From positions 19,070 through 83,069 of IMG/VR virus record IMGVR_UViG_3300028653_000014: DNA of 64,000 nt. The stretch is one strand, 5' to 3'. Shown in pieces: positions 29,528-39,116 of the stretch. The notes under the pieces were generated by a model, which saw only the letters and a list, made by a program, of their open reading frames with translations, had not been told where the DNA came from and made no database searches. Each line of letters starts with the position of its first letter. Positions within the stretch are counted from its first letter, which is position 1. The translations under genes were made by a program, and so were the position numbers. This stretch comes from a virus.

Positions 29528-31273
29528 TTACGAGTGATTCTGGTAGGAGTAGGGACAATCCCCAACAGCGACCGGAAGCGAAACGGCTCCGTTATCGCAA
29601 ACGAATGTCTCGACCGCAAGTGACTCCACACCAACGTAGGCCACATTTTCGAAACTTTCGCCGAAAAGTTGGAAATTGTTAAGCGCATTGAGTACGCTAT
29701 CCCGTACAATTCCCAACTCCAAAACTCCGCCGTCCAAATAGAGGAACGACCCCTCGGGGAAGAGGTACCAGACGACGGTCGGCGGGAACGTCAGGAGCGC
29801 CCCGTTCGCCTGGGTGCCGAACACCTGGCCGCGGCCGTTGGCGCCGTCGATGTAGTACGTCGGCTCGATCCCGAACGAGCGGAGCAGAGCCGTGACCTTC
29901 GCCTCGTCCGTGTCGAATCGCTGGAACTGGCCGCGGATGACGTCGGACACGATCAGGTCGACGGCCCAGTAGGGGATCATCAGCCTGAGGATCGCGCCCG
30001 GGTCCATCCGGTTGCGGTTCCGGAGGCCGTTCGCCGCAGCCAGGATCTGGCTGAACAGCGTGGCCGAGGCGCCCAGCCCGAGCGACCCTGCGGTCACCTG
30101 GGTCGAGAACGCGTCGATCTGGGTCAGGAGGTTCGACTCGGCCAGGCGAGCGTGGGCGGCGAGCACCAGGTTGTTCCACTGCGCGACAAGCTCCGGGAAC
30201 GCGCGCGCCCCGAGGTTGCCGAACTGCAGGCAGTGGTAGATGATGTCGACGTCGGTCTCCTGGAACGGCGGGCACGGGATCGTCTGGCACGACTTCGTGG
30301 CCGACGAGCCGCCCGCGGCGTCCTGCGTCTCGGTGATGAGGCCGACACCCGTCGTGACCGCCGAGAGGGCGGCCGGGCGTGCGTAGCGGAGACCGCCACG
30401 GTCAGCGTTGAACGACGGGAGGGCGCCCATCACGGGCCGGGTCGGCACCGAGATGTACTGCAGGTTGTAGTACGGCGTCACGGGGGCGCAGAGACCGCCG
30501 GACGCGACCAGCGAGTCGGGGGCGCCGTCGAGTTGCATCTTCTTCCGCTTCTCGAACTCGGCGTTGATGATGCTCTTCGACGTGACGGACGCGACGAGAT
30601 TCATGTTCTGCTCGATCGACTGTCCGAGCAGACGCGACTCAGGGTACTGGTCGTGCCAGTCGAACCGGCCGATCGTGAACTTCTCGTTCGTGTCCGGCCC
30701 GGCCTGCCCGAACGCCCGCTGGCGGTCGATCATCGCCTGGGCGAGGTCGAGGTCGGAGGTGAACTGGCTTCCCGGCACCCGGTCGGGGGCACCCGCGGCG
30801 GCCGTCAGCGCGATCGGCTTCTCCGTCGGCTCGTACTCGACGGGGGTGCGGTCGGCGGACGGGCGCGGCAGACGGCCACGCACGACAGGCTTCGCGGCAG
30901 CCGTGACGGCCGCTGCTTCCTCGACCGGCTCGGCAGGCTCCTCCGGCTCCTCCGGCGTCTCAGCCGCGGCAGTCGCGAGGTCAGCGAACGCGGCCTTGTC
31001 CTCGTCGGACAACTCGACCGGCTCGGCGGGCGTCTCAGCCCTGGTCGCTGCGGCGGCCTTCAGAGACTTCACAGTCTCGATGGCGGCCTTCGTCTCGTCC
31101 AGCAGGTTCGCGGTCGTGTACTCCGCGGTGATGAACTGGAGCGGGTTCGACGTGACGTCGCTGATCGCAAGCTCGTACGAGGCGATCAGACTCGCGAGGT
31201 CTTCGTCGGAAAGGGATGCGATGTCGTCTGGGACGGGCGCGAACAGCGGCTCGTCCAGGTTCTCGTTCTCCAT
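29528..31273 (-). CDS. Major capsid protein with N-terminal scaffold-like region
   Basis: SD AAGGAGG; acidic coiled N-terminus; LVASGGLCAP..YY, RGGLRY, C..IPCP, FPEL, LGIVRDS.LN..N. Confidence 0.85.
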   Translation of the reverse strand: MENENLDEPLFAPVPDDIASLSDEDLASLIASYELAISDVTSNPLQFITAEYTTANLLDETKAAIETVKSLKAAAATRAETPAEPVELSDEDKAAFADLATAAAETPEEPEEPAEPVEEAAAVTAAAKPVVRGRLPRPSADRTPVEYEPTEKPIALTAAAGAPDRVPGSQFTSDLDLAQAMIDRQRAFGQAGPDTNEKFTIGRFDWHDQYPESRLLGQSIEQNMNLVASVTSKSIINAEFEKRKKMQLDGAPDSLVASGGLCAPVTPYYNLQYISVPTRPVMGALPSFNADRGGLRYARPAALSAVTTGVGLITETQDAAGGSSATKSCQTIPCPPFQETDVDIIYHCLQFGNLGARAFPELVAQWNNLVLAAHARLAESNLLTQIDAFSTQVTAGSLGLGASATLFSQILAAANGLRNRNRMDPGAILRLMIPYWAVDLIVSDVIRGQFQRFDTDEAKVTALLRSFGIEPTYYIDGANGRGQVFGTQANGALLTFPPTVVWYLFPEGSFLYLDGGVLELGIVRDSVLNALNNFQLFGESFENVAYVGVESLAVETFVCDNGAVSLPVAVGDCPYSYQNHS

Positions 31274-31378
31274 CAGGTGTAGCCTCCTTGAACGCAAGTA
31301 GGGACTTCGGTTTGCGCTCGGCGGCTATGCCTGCCTTGCTACCGCACCCACTGGCTAAGCCGTGGTTACGATGGGTGA

Positions 31379-31407
31379 ATCGTACTGCGGTCTAGTTTTG
31401 GCTTGAA
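31379..31407 (-). promoter_or_regulatory. Late-type promoter CCGCAG-TACGAT with -35-like TTCAAG
   Basis: Same CCGCA(G/C)TACGAT occurs at 47484-47495 and 55407-55418. Confidence 0.65.
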
Positions 31408-31420
31408 ACCAGGGAAACCG

Positions 31421-31438
31421 GGTAACGCGCGCGTTACC
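31421..31438. repeat. 18-bp palindrome, copy 6 (perfect)
   Basis: GGTAACGCGCGCGTTACC, between divergent transcription units. Confidence 0.95.
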
Positions 31439-31520
31439 GCGCTACGGTGTTCTGCATGAGTGCCTCGACGCTATAGCCGCCCTACGGGGGGCGGCGCTGG
31501 AACGCGAGGAGGTACCCAAG

Positions 31521-31760
31521 ATGCGGAGATGGCACTCCGAGACCGCGCTGATGATCGCGCGGATGCAGTTCGCCCGCGCTGACCACGATCAGTGTGCTTG
31601 CCGCCGATGCACATCTGACGGGATCGGCTGGTTCCGCGACCGTCACCCGCGCGACTGTGGACGCGCCCGTTGCGGCTGTTGCCACGGCGAAAAAGCGTAC
31701 GGCCCGAAGCGTCGCGGGGCTACGAAACGGCGCGCGGTCGAGTTCGAGTTGTCGCTGTAG
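31521..31760 (+). CDS. Small Cys/Arg-rich protein
   Basis: SD GAGGAGG; CACRRC, CGRARCGCC. Confidence 0.6.
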   Translation: MRRWHSETALMIARMQFARADHDQCACRRCTSDGIGWFRDRHPRDCGRARCGCCHGEKAYGPKRRGATKRRAVEFELSL

Positions 31761-31767
31761 AGGAAGC

Positions 31768-31804
31768 GACGGGCCGCCCGTCCCCGGTTCCCGGGCGGCC
31801 CGTC
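31768..31804. terminator. Hairpin between convergent genes
   Basis: GACGGGCCGCCCG...CGGGCGGCCCGTC. Confidence 0.65.
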
Positions 31805-31867
31805 TCATCGCGGCGCTAGGAGGCGGATGACGTGTCAGCGTTCCGCCACGCCGCAATCGGGTGAAGT

Positions 31868-32293
31868 CTATGCAGGAATCGGCAGGTCTCTCAGAGTCCC
31901 GAGAACGCCCCAGCGTCCATGCTCGATCAACGTCGAGAACACGAGAGGAAGATCGACGGGCACCCCGATGTAGGCAAGTCCCGGTGTTCTCCACGTCGGA
32001 TCGATCACGCCGCCGTCTGCGTCTGAGCACCACGCGTGGTGAACCGCGAACGTGTCGTGCTCCCAGCCGTCGATCGCCGGGACGGCCCATCCTTCCACGT
32101 ACGGCAGGCCGTGTTTCTCTGCGAGACGGTAGGCGTTCGCGAAGCAGCGGCGCTCCTGCCCGAACCGGTAGCCGTGACCGCGTGGCTTCGGCTGCGGCCG
32201 GTAGCAGACGCCGTGTTCGAGCACGTGCGTGGCCCAGTCCCACCGGGAGAGCGCCGTCAGATAGTCGCGGATCACCTGCTCGTGCTCGTTCAC
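31868..32293 (-). CDS. Phage protein with a Cys-His-Asp (transglutaminase-like) pattern
   Basis: CFANAY, YVEG, HHAW, IDPTW. Confidence 0.6.
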   Translation of the reverse strand: MNEHEQVIRDYLTALSRWDWATHVLEHGVCYRPQPKPRGHGYRFGQERRCFANAYRLAEKHGLPYVEGWAVPAIDGWEHDTFAVHHAWCSDADGGVIDPTWRTPGLAYIGVPVDLPLVFSTLIEHGRWGVLGTLRDLPIPA

Positions 32294-32465
32294 GTCTCAT
32301 CCTCTGGCATGTACTCGAAGGCGAGATTGTCGTCCTCCGACGACCCGTACGTCCTCAGCCACTGCACGCACTCAGCACGGGTGGCGAGTCCCTCCTGCCC
32401 GTAGAAGGCGCGGATGGCCCGCCGCCATTCATCTGGGACGTCGACGGTGTAGGCGACACGGATCT

Positions 32466-32990
32466 TCATGCCGTCACCGCCGATCCCTGATAGACGGTCA
32501 GCACCCGGAGCGCGTGCTCCTCACAGAGCAGTTCGCTCTGCTTGCCGCGGCCCCGGTCGAACGCCAGGACGTGCATCAGTTCGTGCGCGAGCGTATGGAC
32601 GACGGCCTCTTCGACGGTGTGCGTCCGGTAGATCGGCCAGCGGCCGATGTGCGTTGCACCTTCGGCGACTGTCGTCTCGATCCACTGATAGGCGTCAGCG
32701 ACAGAATGACCGGCCGCGTACTGGCGTAGCGGGGTTGCGTGCCAGCACACGCGGGCGGCGCCGAGGATGTCCCAGTCGTCGCCCGGCACCGACGTGGTTA
32801 CGAAGTGAGCCGCACGTCCCGCCCATTTCCGGATCGACCCTGGGCCTGCGTGCCCGGACGGGAACTCGCCATCGAGCAACTTGATCGCGATCGTCTTCTT
32901 GATCGTCGGGGAGTGGGCGAGCGCGAACTCGACCAACTCGGCGGCGGTGTCGTCGCTCAGACGGCTCTGGTTAAGTAGCCGGTAGCTCAT
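32466..32990 (-). CDS. HExxH metallopeptidase-like protein
   Basis: TLAHELMH...SELLCE. Confidence 0.6.
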   Translation of the reverse strand: MSYRLLNQSRLSDDTAAELVEFALAHSPTIKKTIAIKLLDGEFPSGHAGPGSIRKWAGRAAHFVTTSVPGDDWDILGAARVCWHATPLRQYAAGHSVADAYQWIETTVAEGATHIGRWPIYRTHTVEEAVVHTLAHELMHVLAFDRGRGKQSELLCEEHALRVLTVYQGSAVTA

Positions 32991-33444
32991 GACTTCGCCT
33001 TCGTCTCAGCGACGGGCCAGAAGTACAGCCCGGCCCGGTCGTCCTCGGCCACGGTGTACATCGGGCCGCTCAGAACGACGGTGCCGTGGAAGACGGTCTT
33101 GTCGATCGTGCGGGTCACGTGGGTGCCGGGTGCGAACCTCATGACGCCTGCCCGATCTTGTACGCGGTCTCCCACCCGTTCCGGTCGCGGATGTTCATGA
33201 TCGCGTGCTCTGCTTCGACGATCGCCTTGCAGGCAGCGTCGTAGAGCGGCCGGGGCATTCCGCCTCCGGTCATGCATCCGTGCTCGTCGCGCTCGACCGG
33301 GGTCTCGAACGGGATGCGAACCATCTCGCGCCGGAGCGCGACACGGACGGCAGTCAACTCGCGGATGTGGGCGTTCAACGCGTGATACTCGGCTGCTTCG
33401 ATCATCTCTCCTACCTCCTCTTTCATGGAACGCTGACGAGACTC

Positions 33445-33519
33445 AGTATAGCAGAATACCTCTAGGCGCAAGTCTCACCCTCCCCCGTTCTTGATAGCAG
33501 GCTACCCTTGTGGTAGGGT
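33445..33519. promoter_or_regulatory. Divergent promoters
   Basis: - strand TGC-TATACT (33445-33453); + strand TTGATA-17 bp-TAGGGT, 6 nt before GTG 33526. Confidence 0.7.
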
Positions 33520-33525
33520 CGTCTC

Positions 33526-33804
33526 GTGCCGCTTAGCACCACAGGACTCATCGAGACGGTCGCCCGGTTCCGGGCTGACAAGCTCGCGCTCGTCGCGTTG
33601 ATCGGGACAATGGGCGCCGAGACCGAGGCGGACGCGCTCGCACGGCTGCGTGACGTCATCCGTGTCACGGCCGAGCAGATGGCGGCGATCAGGAAGATGC
33701 CGCGCCCGAAGCGGCAGGGATTCGATCTGTGGCATGACGTGCATGAACTCGCGACCGAGGTGGAGCCGTGGCTCGCCCAGCTTGTCGAAAGGACGGCGGC
33801 CTGA
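33526..33804 (+). CDS. Hypothetical protein (leaderless)
   Basis: First gene of a coupled + strand operon (33526-36870). Confidence 0.6.
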   Translation: MPLSTTGLIETVARFRADKLALVALIGTMGAETEADALARLRDVIRVTAEQMAAIRKMPRPKRQGFDLWHDVHELATEVEPWLAQLVERTAA

Positions 33805-34145
33805 TGCTCGCGTTCACGTTGTCGATGCCCGGCGTCGGGTCATGGGACGGCCGCTGGTCAGGAGCAGGGCGCCCGTATGTCATTGTGCGGCCCGTGCGTA
33901 GCAAGGCCGCCAAGGAGTTCGCCGAAGAGATCCTGGACGGCTCCCCGTATCGCTATGACTTCGGTGACGGCTGGGCCGCATCCGTCTCAGTGCGAGAGGT
34001 AGACGGGGTTGAGGCGCGCAAGCTGCGCCGGGCCAGCGCCGGGTTCTGCGGCTACGGGTGGATGGTCGACGAGATCATGGAGCACGGCCGCATCCTGCGG
34101 CTCGACGAACGAGGCACGATCGACAGCCGGAAGGCCGAAGCGTGA
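33804..34145 (+). CDS. Hypothetical phage protein
   Basis: LSMPGVGSWDGRWSG...YDFGDGW...GFCGYGWMVD. Confidence 0.65.
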   Translation: MLAFTLSMPGVGSWDGRWSGAGRPYVIVRPVRSKAAKEFAEEILDGSPYRYDFGDGWAASVSVREVDGVEARKLRRASAGFCGYGWMVDEIMEHGRILRLDERGTIDSRKAEA

Positions 34146-34233
34146 CCAACACGATTTGCTACCCGCACATCACGAAGCCTGGCGTCCGCTACTGCGTGCG
34201 ATGCGGCGCTTCGCTGCCGGTCTTTCGAGCGCC

Positions 34234-34251
34234 GGTAACGCCCGCGTGATC
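34234..34251. repeat. 18-bp pseudo-palindrome, copy 7
   Basis: GGTAACGCCCGCGTGATC; contains a GTGA start/stop overlap. Confidence 0.8.
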
Positions 34252-34613
34252 CCTCGCGGCCACGTTCACCGGCTCGTCCCGATCTCCGTCTACGACCGGC
34301 CCGACCGGTCGACGGTCATCCAGTCCCGCTGCCAGGCCATCATGCCGTCCGGGGCCGCCCCCGACCTCGTTTGCTCACTGGAGGAGGAGCGGGTGTTCCA
34401 CGGGCAGACACCGATCTCGATCCGGTTCAAGTTCGGCGGCATGTGGCTGAGCGCACTCGACCTGCTGCGACTGCTGCCCGTTGCCGTTCAGGAGTGCCCG
34501 AGTTGTCACGGAGAACCAACGCTGTTGCGCTGCACGATCTGCGCCGGTACGGGAGTTGTTGAACGGGAGGGCGACACCTTCGTGGCGTTGAAGCTCCCTG
34601 ATCTGAAAGTGAC

Positions 34614-35189
34614 ATGACCAGCCGAGTCCGGAATGTGCCGGAGGCGACGGCTGAGCATCTCGCGCTGGTCGAGCAGATGGCGACGAGGGCGATGACAGGC
34701 TGGTATCTCGGGTCGATGGAGACGCTGAAGGAGTTCGGCGCCACCGTCGACATACCTTCCCGGACCGACCCGGAGGAGGTGTGGGTTCGTCTGCTACTTA
34801 CGCGCGACCGGATGCACCACTCAGTCGGCTGGTGGCGCAACGCCGAGTACGAATACTGCTGGCATCTGTCGATCAGCGCGCGGCCCGCCACCGAGGTACG
34901 GCTTGCCCGGATCGGCCTGCGCGAAGACGCAGGCTACGTCGATCTGACGAAGCGCGAAGAAACCTACTGGGGCCGACTGTTCTTCGCCGCTCACGCCGAC
35001 AAGGTGTGGCACGAGCCGGGCGGCACCGACCCTCGCCTATCGCCGCAAGAGGCCCACCGCAACCGAGCGATCTCCCATCTCCGCCTGTTCCTCGACCCGG
35101 AGACATTCGAGCCGTTCATGCCGACCGGCGAGGTCTACGATCTGACACGGTGGATCGAAGGTCTAACCCCGGAAAAGGTCGACCGATGA
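34614..35189 (+). CDS. Hypothetical protein
   Basis: GWWRNAEYEYCWHLSIS; coupled ORF. Confidence 0.6.
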   Translation: MTSRVRNVPEATAEHLALVEQMATRAMTGWYLGSMETLKEFGATVDIPSRTDPEEVWVRLLLTRDRMHHSVGWWRNAEYEYCWHLSISARPATEVRLARIGLREDAGYVDLTKREETYWGRLFFAAHADKVWHEPGGTDPRLSPQEAHRNRAISHLRLFLDPETFEPFMPTGEVYDLTRWIEGLTPEKVDR

Positions 35190-35366
35190 TCGGCGGCATG
35201 GTCGGGCGCACGTATCTGCTCCCCGACGGCCGTCTCGGCCGTGTCGTCGCGCGCTGGTCGGGGAAGGGATGCCCGCGGAACGTGCTCGTCGCGTTCGAGG
35301 ACGGCAGCATGACGTGTCGGCCCTTCCGGGGCCTTCGTCGCCTCCCTGCGCCGTATACTCCGCCCC

Positions 35367-36870
35367 GTGATTGACCAGACGCAGCCGGGCGCCACGTGGG
35401 GGCTTGGCGATGTGTTTCTGCAGCCGCGGCAGGTGGCCGATCTCGCGTATCGACACGGTGTCACGAACGCCGCCGACTTGGCGGTCATCATCGCGATCTG
35501 TTACGCCGAGTCTCAGGCAGGGGTGAACGCGTGGCACGACAACCTAGCGGCGGACGGCGTGACGGTTCTGAGCCGCGACGTCGGTCTTTTCCAGATCAAC
35601 ATCCCGGCCAGTGCGATCGGCGGACCTCAGGAGGAGGCTCTGTACGACCCGGAGAAGAACGCGGCAGCGATGTTCGCGCTCTACAGCCACCGCCGCTTCG
35701 AGCCGTGGGCGTCGTTCAACTGCGTCCCGCTTGATGCCCAGATTTTGACAAGGCGCGGCTGGCTTGACTCCACCGACGTACGCGCTGGGTTCGATCAGAC
35801 ACTGGGCTATGACACGGCGCTCGAACAGCTTAGATGGACGTCGATCCTTCACGTCGGACAGCTAGAAAAGCAGGTCACGATTGAGATAGATGGCCGTCAG
35901 TGGAAGGCGCGAGTAACGCCGGGGCATCGCTGGTCCCTAGTCCGCAACTGGTATACGCGACGGACGAGGACACCGCGAGAGGAACTTGCCCCAACGAATG
36001 AGATTCGTCCACATGATCGTATTCGGCTAGCGGCAGTCGCTGTCGGAGGCGATCTCCCCATCTCCCCGCAAGAAGCAGCGGTGATTGCGTGGCTGCTTGG
36101 AGACGGGAGTATGCGCACACGTCAGAGCGACGGAAGACGCCGGGCGTTTATGGTCGAGAGCGACGAGGCAGACCTCGTTGGCAAGGCGTGCATCTTGCAG
36201 TCGAAGCCCTCAGGGGTCGCCGCATTACAAGCACTCCTAGAACCCGTCCCTCACCGCGCCACACAAACTGCGCACATCGCCGAGGGGCAAAACTATCGGC
36301 GCTCGCGATTCACGCTTGCCCCAGACTATGTACGGGACGTCCTTGCTCGTGCCGAGATCGACCAGCGTGGCCTGATGGGATTCGTGTTCGGACTAAGCAT
36401 GGAGGCGAGACAGGCGTTTGTTGAGGCATTCGTGATGGCCGAGGGTGGTCATGAACCCACAGGGTCGTATTTCACCCAGAACGAGGGGGCCACTACTTGA
36501 TGCTGCGATTGTCGCGACGTACATGAACGGCAAGCGACCGAGTGTCCACGTCAACGCGCCACATCGGTCAGACATATCGCGCAGCGTCCACCTCTGCGAA
36601 CCGTATGCAGCCGGTTCGCGCCTCCAGTTCGGAGTCGAGCAAGTCGAAGATGTCTGGTGTCCTACGACTGAACTTGGCACGTGGACGATGCGCCAGAACG
36701 GACGCGTAATGCTGACGGGGAACTCCGCCGTGTATCTGAACGACGGCTACACGGGGAAGGCCGCGCTCGGGATGTGCAACTTCGCGGTCGAACGGTTCAA
36801 CACGGCCGGGGCCAAGCTGCCGTTGCCGCTGTTCACGCTGCCCGATCTGCGCAAGAAGCTCCCGCACTAA
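35367..36870 (+). CDS. Lysozyme-like transglycosylase with intein; frame broken by one extra base at 36485-36489
   Basis: AES, DVGLFQIN, LYDPEKNA, FEPW; -10 TATACT 7 nt before GTG; the C-terminal half continues in ORF 36445-36870. Confidence 0.8.
35721..36723 (+). mobile_element. Intein with LAGLIDADG endonuclease (1003 nt = 334 codons + 1)
   Basis: CVPLDAQILTRRGW, TPGHRW, IAWLLGDG, FVMAEG, VWCPTT...MLTGN|S. Confidence 0.88.
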
Positions 36871-36883
36871 CGCGTGCGTTACC
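36866..36883. repeat. 18-bp pseudo-palindrome, copy 8
   Basis: ACTAACGCGTGCGTTACC; supplies the TAA stops of both convergent genes. Confidence 0.85.
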
Positions 36884-37544
36884 GGGTCCAGTCGATGGCC
36901 GCGACGTCACACTCATCGCAGTCGCCGACGTAGCAGCACGAAGTTCTTCCCTCGTCGAGGCCGTTCATCGTGCGGCGGCCGATCAGGCTGATCGATCGAT
37001 CCTCGTGCTGGACGAGGTTCGGGACGGTCGAGATCGGCTCGACGCCGACGTGTCTGGCCCAACGGTTCACGATCTCGTCGTCGGCGGTGAAGTCGGGCCG
37101 CCATCCTTGCACGTCGACGAACTCCAGCAGACTCGGGATCATCACCGTCGGCCATGCCACCGCGACCTGCGCCAAGAAGTGCGCCGCGGGTAGCTCGGCC
37201 CACGGTTCGTCCCGTTCGCAGGCGGCCCACACGGCACGTGCGTGAGTCTCCGGGCGCCCTGCGACGAAGAACAGGATCAGACGGTCGCTGCGGGCCTCTA
37301 CGGCCGCGTGTGCCGCGTCGCGGAACCCTGGGCAGACGGTTGTGTCGTCTTGAAGACTCACGACGTGCGTGGCTTCCTGCGGTCTCGTCTCCAGCAGATG
37401 CCGCAGGGTCCTCCAGGGTGACTTGATCGGGGCGTCCGGCTCCGGGTCGTAACACACCTGGCCGCCGACCTCCTGCGCGAGCGTCTCGGCCATCAGCGTC
37501 CGGGTCGGGTGCGCCTGCACCCTGAATGCGATGTCGACGGTCAC
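36879..37544 (-). CDS. Putative glycosyltransferase (GT-A-like)
   Basis: HVVSLQDD..CPGF, ADDE, VPNLVQH. Confidence 0.65.
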   Translation of the reverse strand: MTVDIAFRVQAHPTRTLMAETLAQEVGGQVCYDPEPDAPIKSPWRTLRHLLETRPQEATHVVSLQDDTTVCPGFRDAAHAAVEARSDRLILFFVAGRPETHARAVWAACERDEPWAELPAAHFLAQVAVAWPTVMIPSLLEFVDVQGWRPDFTADDEIVNRWARHVGVEPISTVPNLVQHEDRSISLIGRRTMNGLDEGRTSCCYVGDCDECDVAAIDWTR

Positions 37545-37556
37545 GCGGCCGTGACT
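37539..37556. repeat. 18-bp pseudo-palindrome, copy 9
   Basis: GGTCACGCGGCCGTGACT. Confidence 0.75.
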
Positions 37557-39116
37557 TTACAGCAGGCCGAGCGCGAGCATCTCTTCCAACTCCGCCTGCT
37601 CCCGCTCCGCACGCGCGTCGACGGTCGGCAGGTGTTTGTCGAGCCAGTCGGCGGGGAACCCGGAGCCGCCGCCGAGCGCGACCGTGACGGGCGGTGGCGG
37701 AACGTGGCCGCCGGACACGGTGACGGCCAGGGTCGATGTGCCCGCCAGGACGGGGGTGAGGTACTGGAACCGTGTGAGGGTCGCGGCGAGCGTGCTGGTG
37801 CCCGTCAGGGTCGGCCGGATGTAGACGACGCCCAGCAGCGACGCGGTCAGACTCGATGTGCCGACGAACGTCGGGGTCAGCAGCTTGTACTCGGCCAGTC
37901 CGGCGTCCAGTGTCGAGGTGCCGCTGAGCGCGACGGTGATCTGCTGGAACTCGGTCAGCGCGGCACTCAGCGCGGACGTGCCTGCCAGATCGACGGTGAC
38001 GTACCGGAACTCCGTGACGGCGGCGGCGAGACTCGATGTACCGGCCAGCGTGACCGTGATGCGCTTCTGCTCCGCAACACTCACGCTCAGAGACGAACTG
38101 CCCGCGAGGGTCGGGGTCAGATAGACGAGTTCCCCCAGGGTCGCCGTGAGGGTGCTGGCCCCGGCCAGGGCAACGGTGATGTGCTTGTACTCCGTGACGG
38201 CTGCCGACAACGACGAGGTGCCTGTCAGCGACACCGTGATCTGCTTGAACGAAGTCAGGGTTGCGGTCAGCGACGATGTGCCCGCGAGAGCCGGGGTGAT
38301 GTGCTTGAACTCCATCAGGGACGCGGCGAGCGTGCTCGTGCCTGCGAGTGCAACGGTGATCTGCTTGTCCGCCGTCAGGGCCGCCGTCAGCGACGAGGTT
38401 CCAGCCAGGGTGACGGTGATGGCTTTGAACTCGGTGACGGTCGCGGTCAGCGAACTTGTCCCGGCCAGCGTGACCGTCAGGTTCTTATCCGACGTCAGGG
38501 AGGCGCTGAGAGACGACGTACCGGTCAACGAGACCGTCAGACGCTTCTGCTCCGTCAGGGTCGCCGTGAGGCTGCTGGTGCCCGCGAGGGACACCGTGAG
38601 ATTCTTGTCCTCGACTAGCGAAGCGCTGAGGGCCGATGTTCCCGCGAGGGCGACCGTGATCTGTTTGAACTCCGTGAGGCTTGCCGCAAGGCTGCTCGTT
38701 CCTGCCAGTGTCACCGTGAGGTTCTTGTCCTCGACTAGAGACGCCGACAGACTCGACGTGCCCGCCAGAGCAACCGTGATTCGTTTCTGCTGCGTCAGCG
38801 AGGCCGTCAACGCCGACGTCCCGGCCAGCGTGACCGTCAGGTCGTCGTCCTCTACGAGCGCCGCCGTCAGTGACGAGGTGCCCGCCAACGCGACGGTGAT
38901 CTGCTTGTATTCCGTCAGCGTCGTGCTGAGACTTGAGGTACCGGCCAGGGCAACGACGAGGGAGTCGATGGCTGTTTCAGCCGGAACCTGCTGGCGCATC
39001 GGCTCACCAGCGCGGAAGTAGTCGAACTCGAACTCGCTGCTCTTACCCGCGAAGGCGCCGAACGGCTCCCCCGCGCGGAAGTAGTCGAGTTCGTTTGGGT
39101 TAGCCGCCGAGGCCAT
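37557..39116 (-). CDS. Thr/Ser-rich tandem-repeat virion protein (21 x 20 aa)
   Basis: Repeat unit (I/L)TVxLAGTSSLTAxLTExKx. Confidence 0.85.
   Translation of the reverse strand: MASAANPNELDYFRAGEPFGAFAGKSSEFEFDYFRAGEPMRQQVPAETAIDSLVVALAGTSSLSTTLTEYKQITVALAGTSSLTAALVEDDDLTVTLAGTSALTASLTQQKRITVALAGTSSLSASLVEDKNLTVTLAGTSSLAASLTEFKQITVALAGTSALSASLVEDKNLTVSLAGTSSLTATLTEQKRLTVSLTGTSSLSASLTSDKNLTVTLAGTSSLTATVTEFKAITVTLAGTSSLTAALTADKQITVALAGTSTLAASLMEFKHITPALAGTSSLTATLTSFKQITVSLTGTSSLSAAVTEYKHITVALAGASTLTATLGELVYLTPTLAGSSSLSVSVAEQKRITVTLAGTSSLAAAVTEFRYVTVDLAGTSALSAALTEFQQITVALSGTSTLDAGLAEYKLLTPTFVGTSSLTASLLGVVYIRPTLTGTSTLAATLTRFQYLTPVLAGTSTLAVTVSGGHVPPPPVTVALGGGSGFPADWLDKHLPTVDARAEREQAELEEMLALGLL

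Noticed and set aside
29669-31282. Long + strand ORFs opposite structural genes (also 208-1050, 26417-27589, 37509-38618, 39692-40774, 46263-47549)
   Set aside because: Shadow ORFs with R/G/V-rich antisense composition and no domain motifs.
31456-31476. Leaderless micro-ORF MSASTL followed by a GC hairpin
   Set aside because: Too short to distinguish from chance.
37700-38960. 60-bp periodicity resembling a CRISPR array
   Set aside because: These are degenerate coding repeats in one open frame, with no identical repeat/unique spacer pattern and no cas genes.
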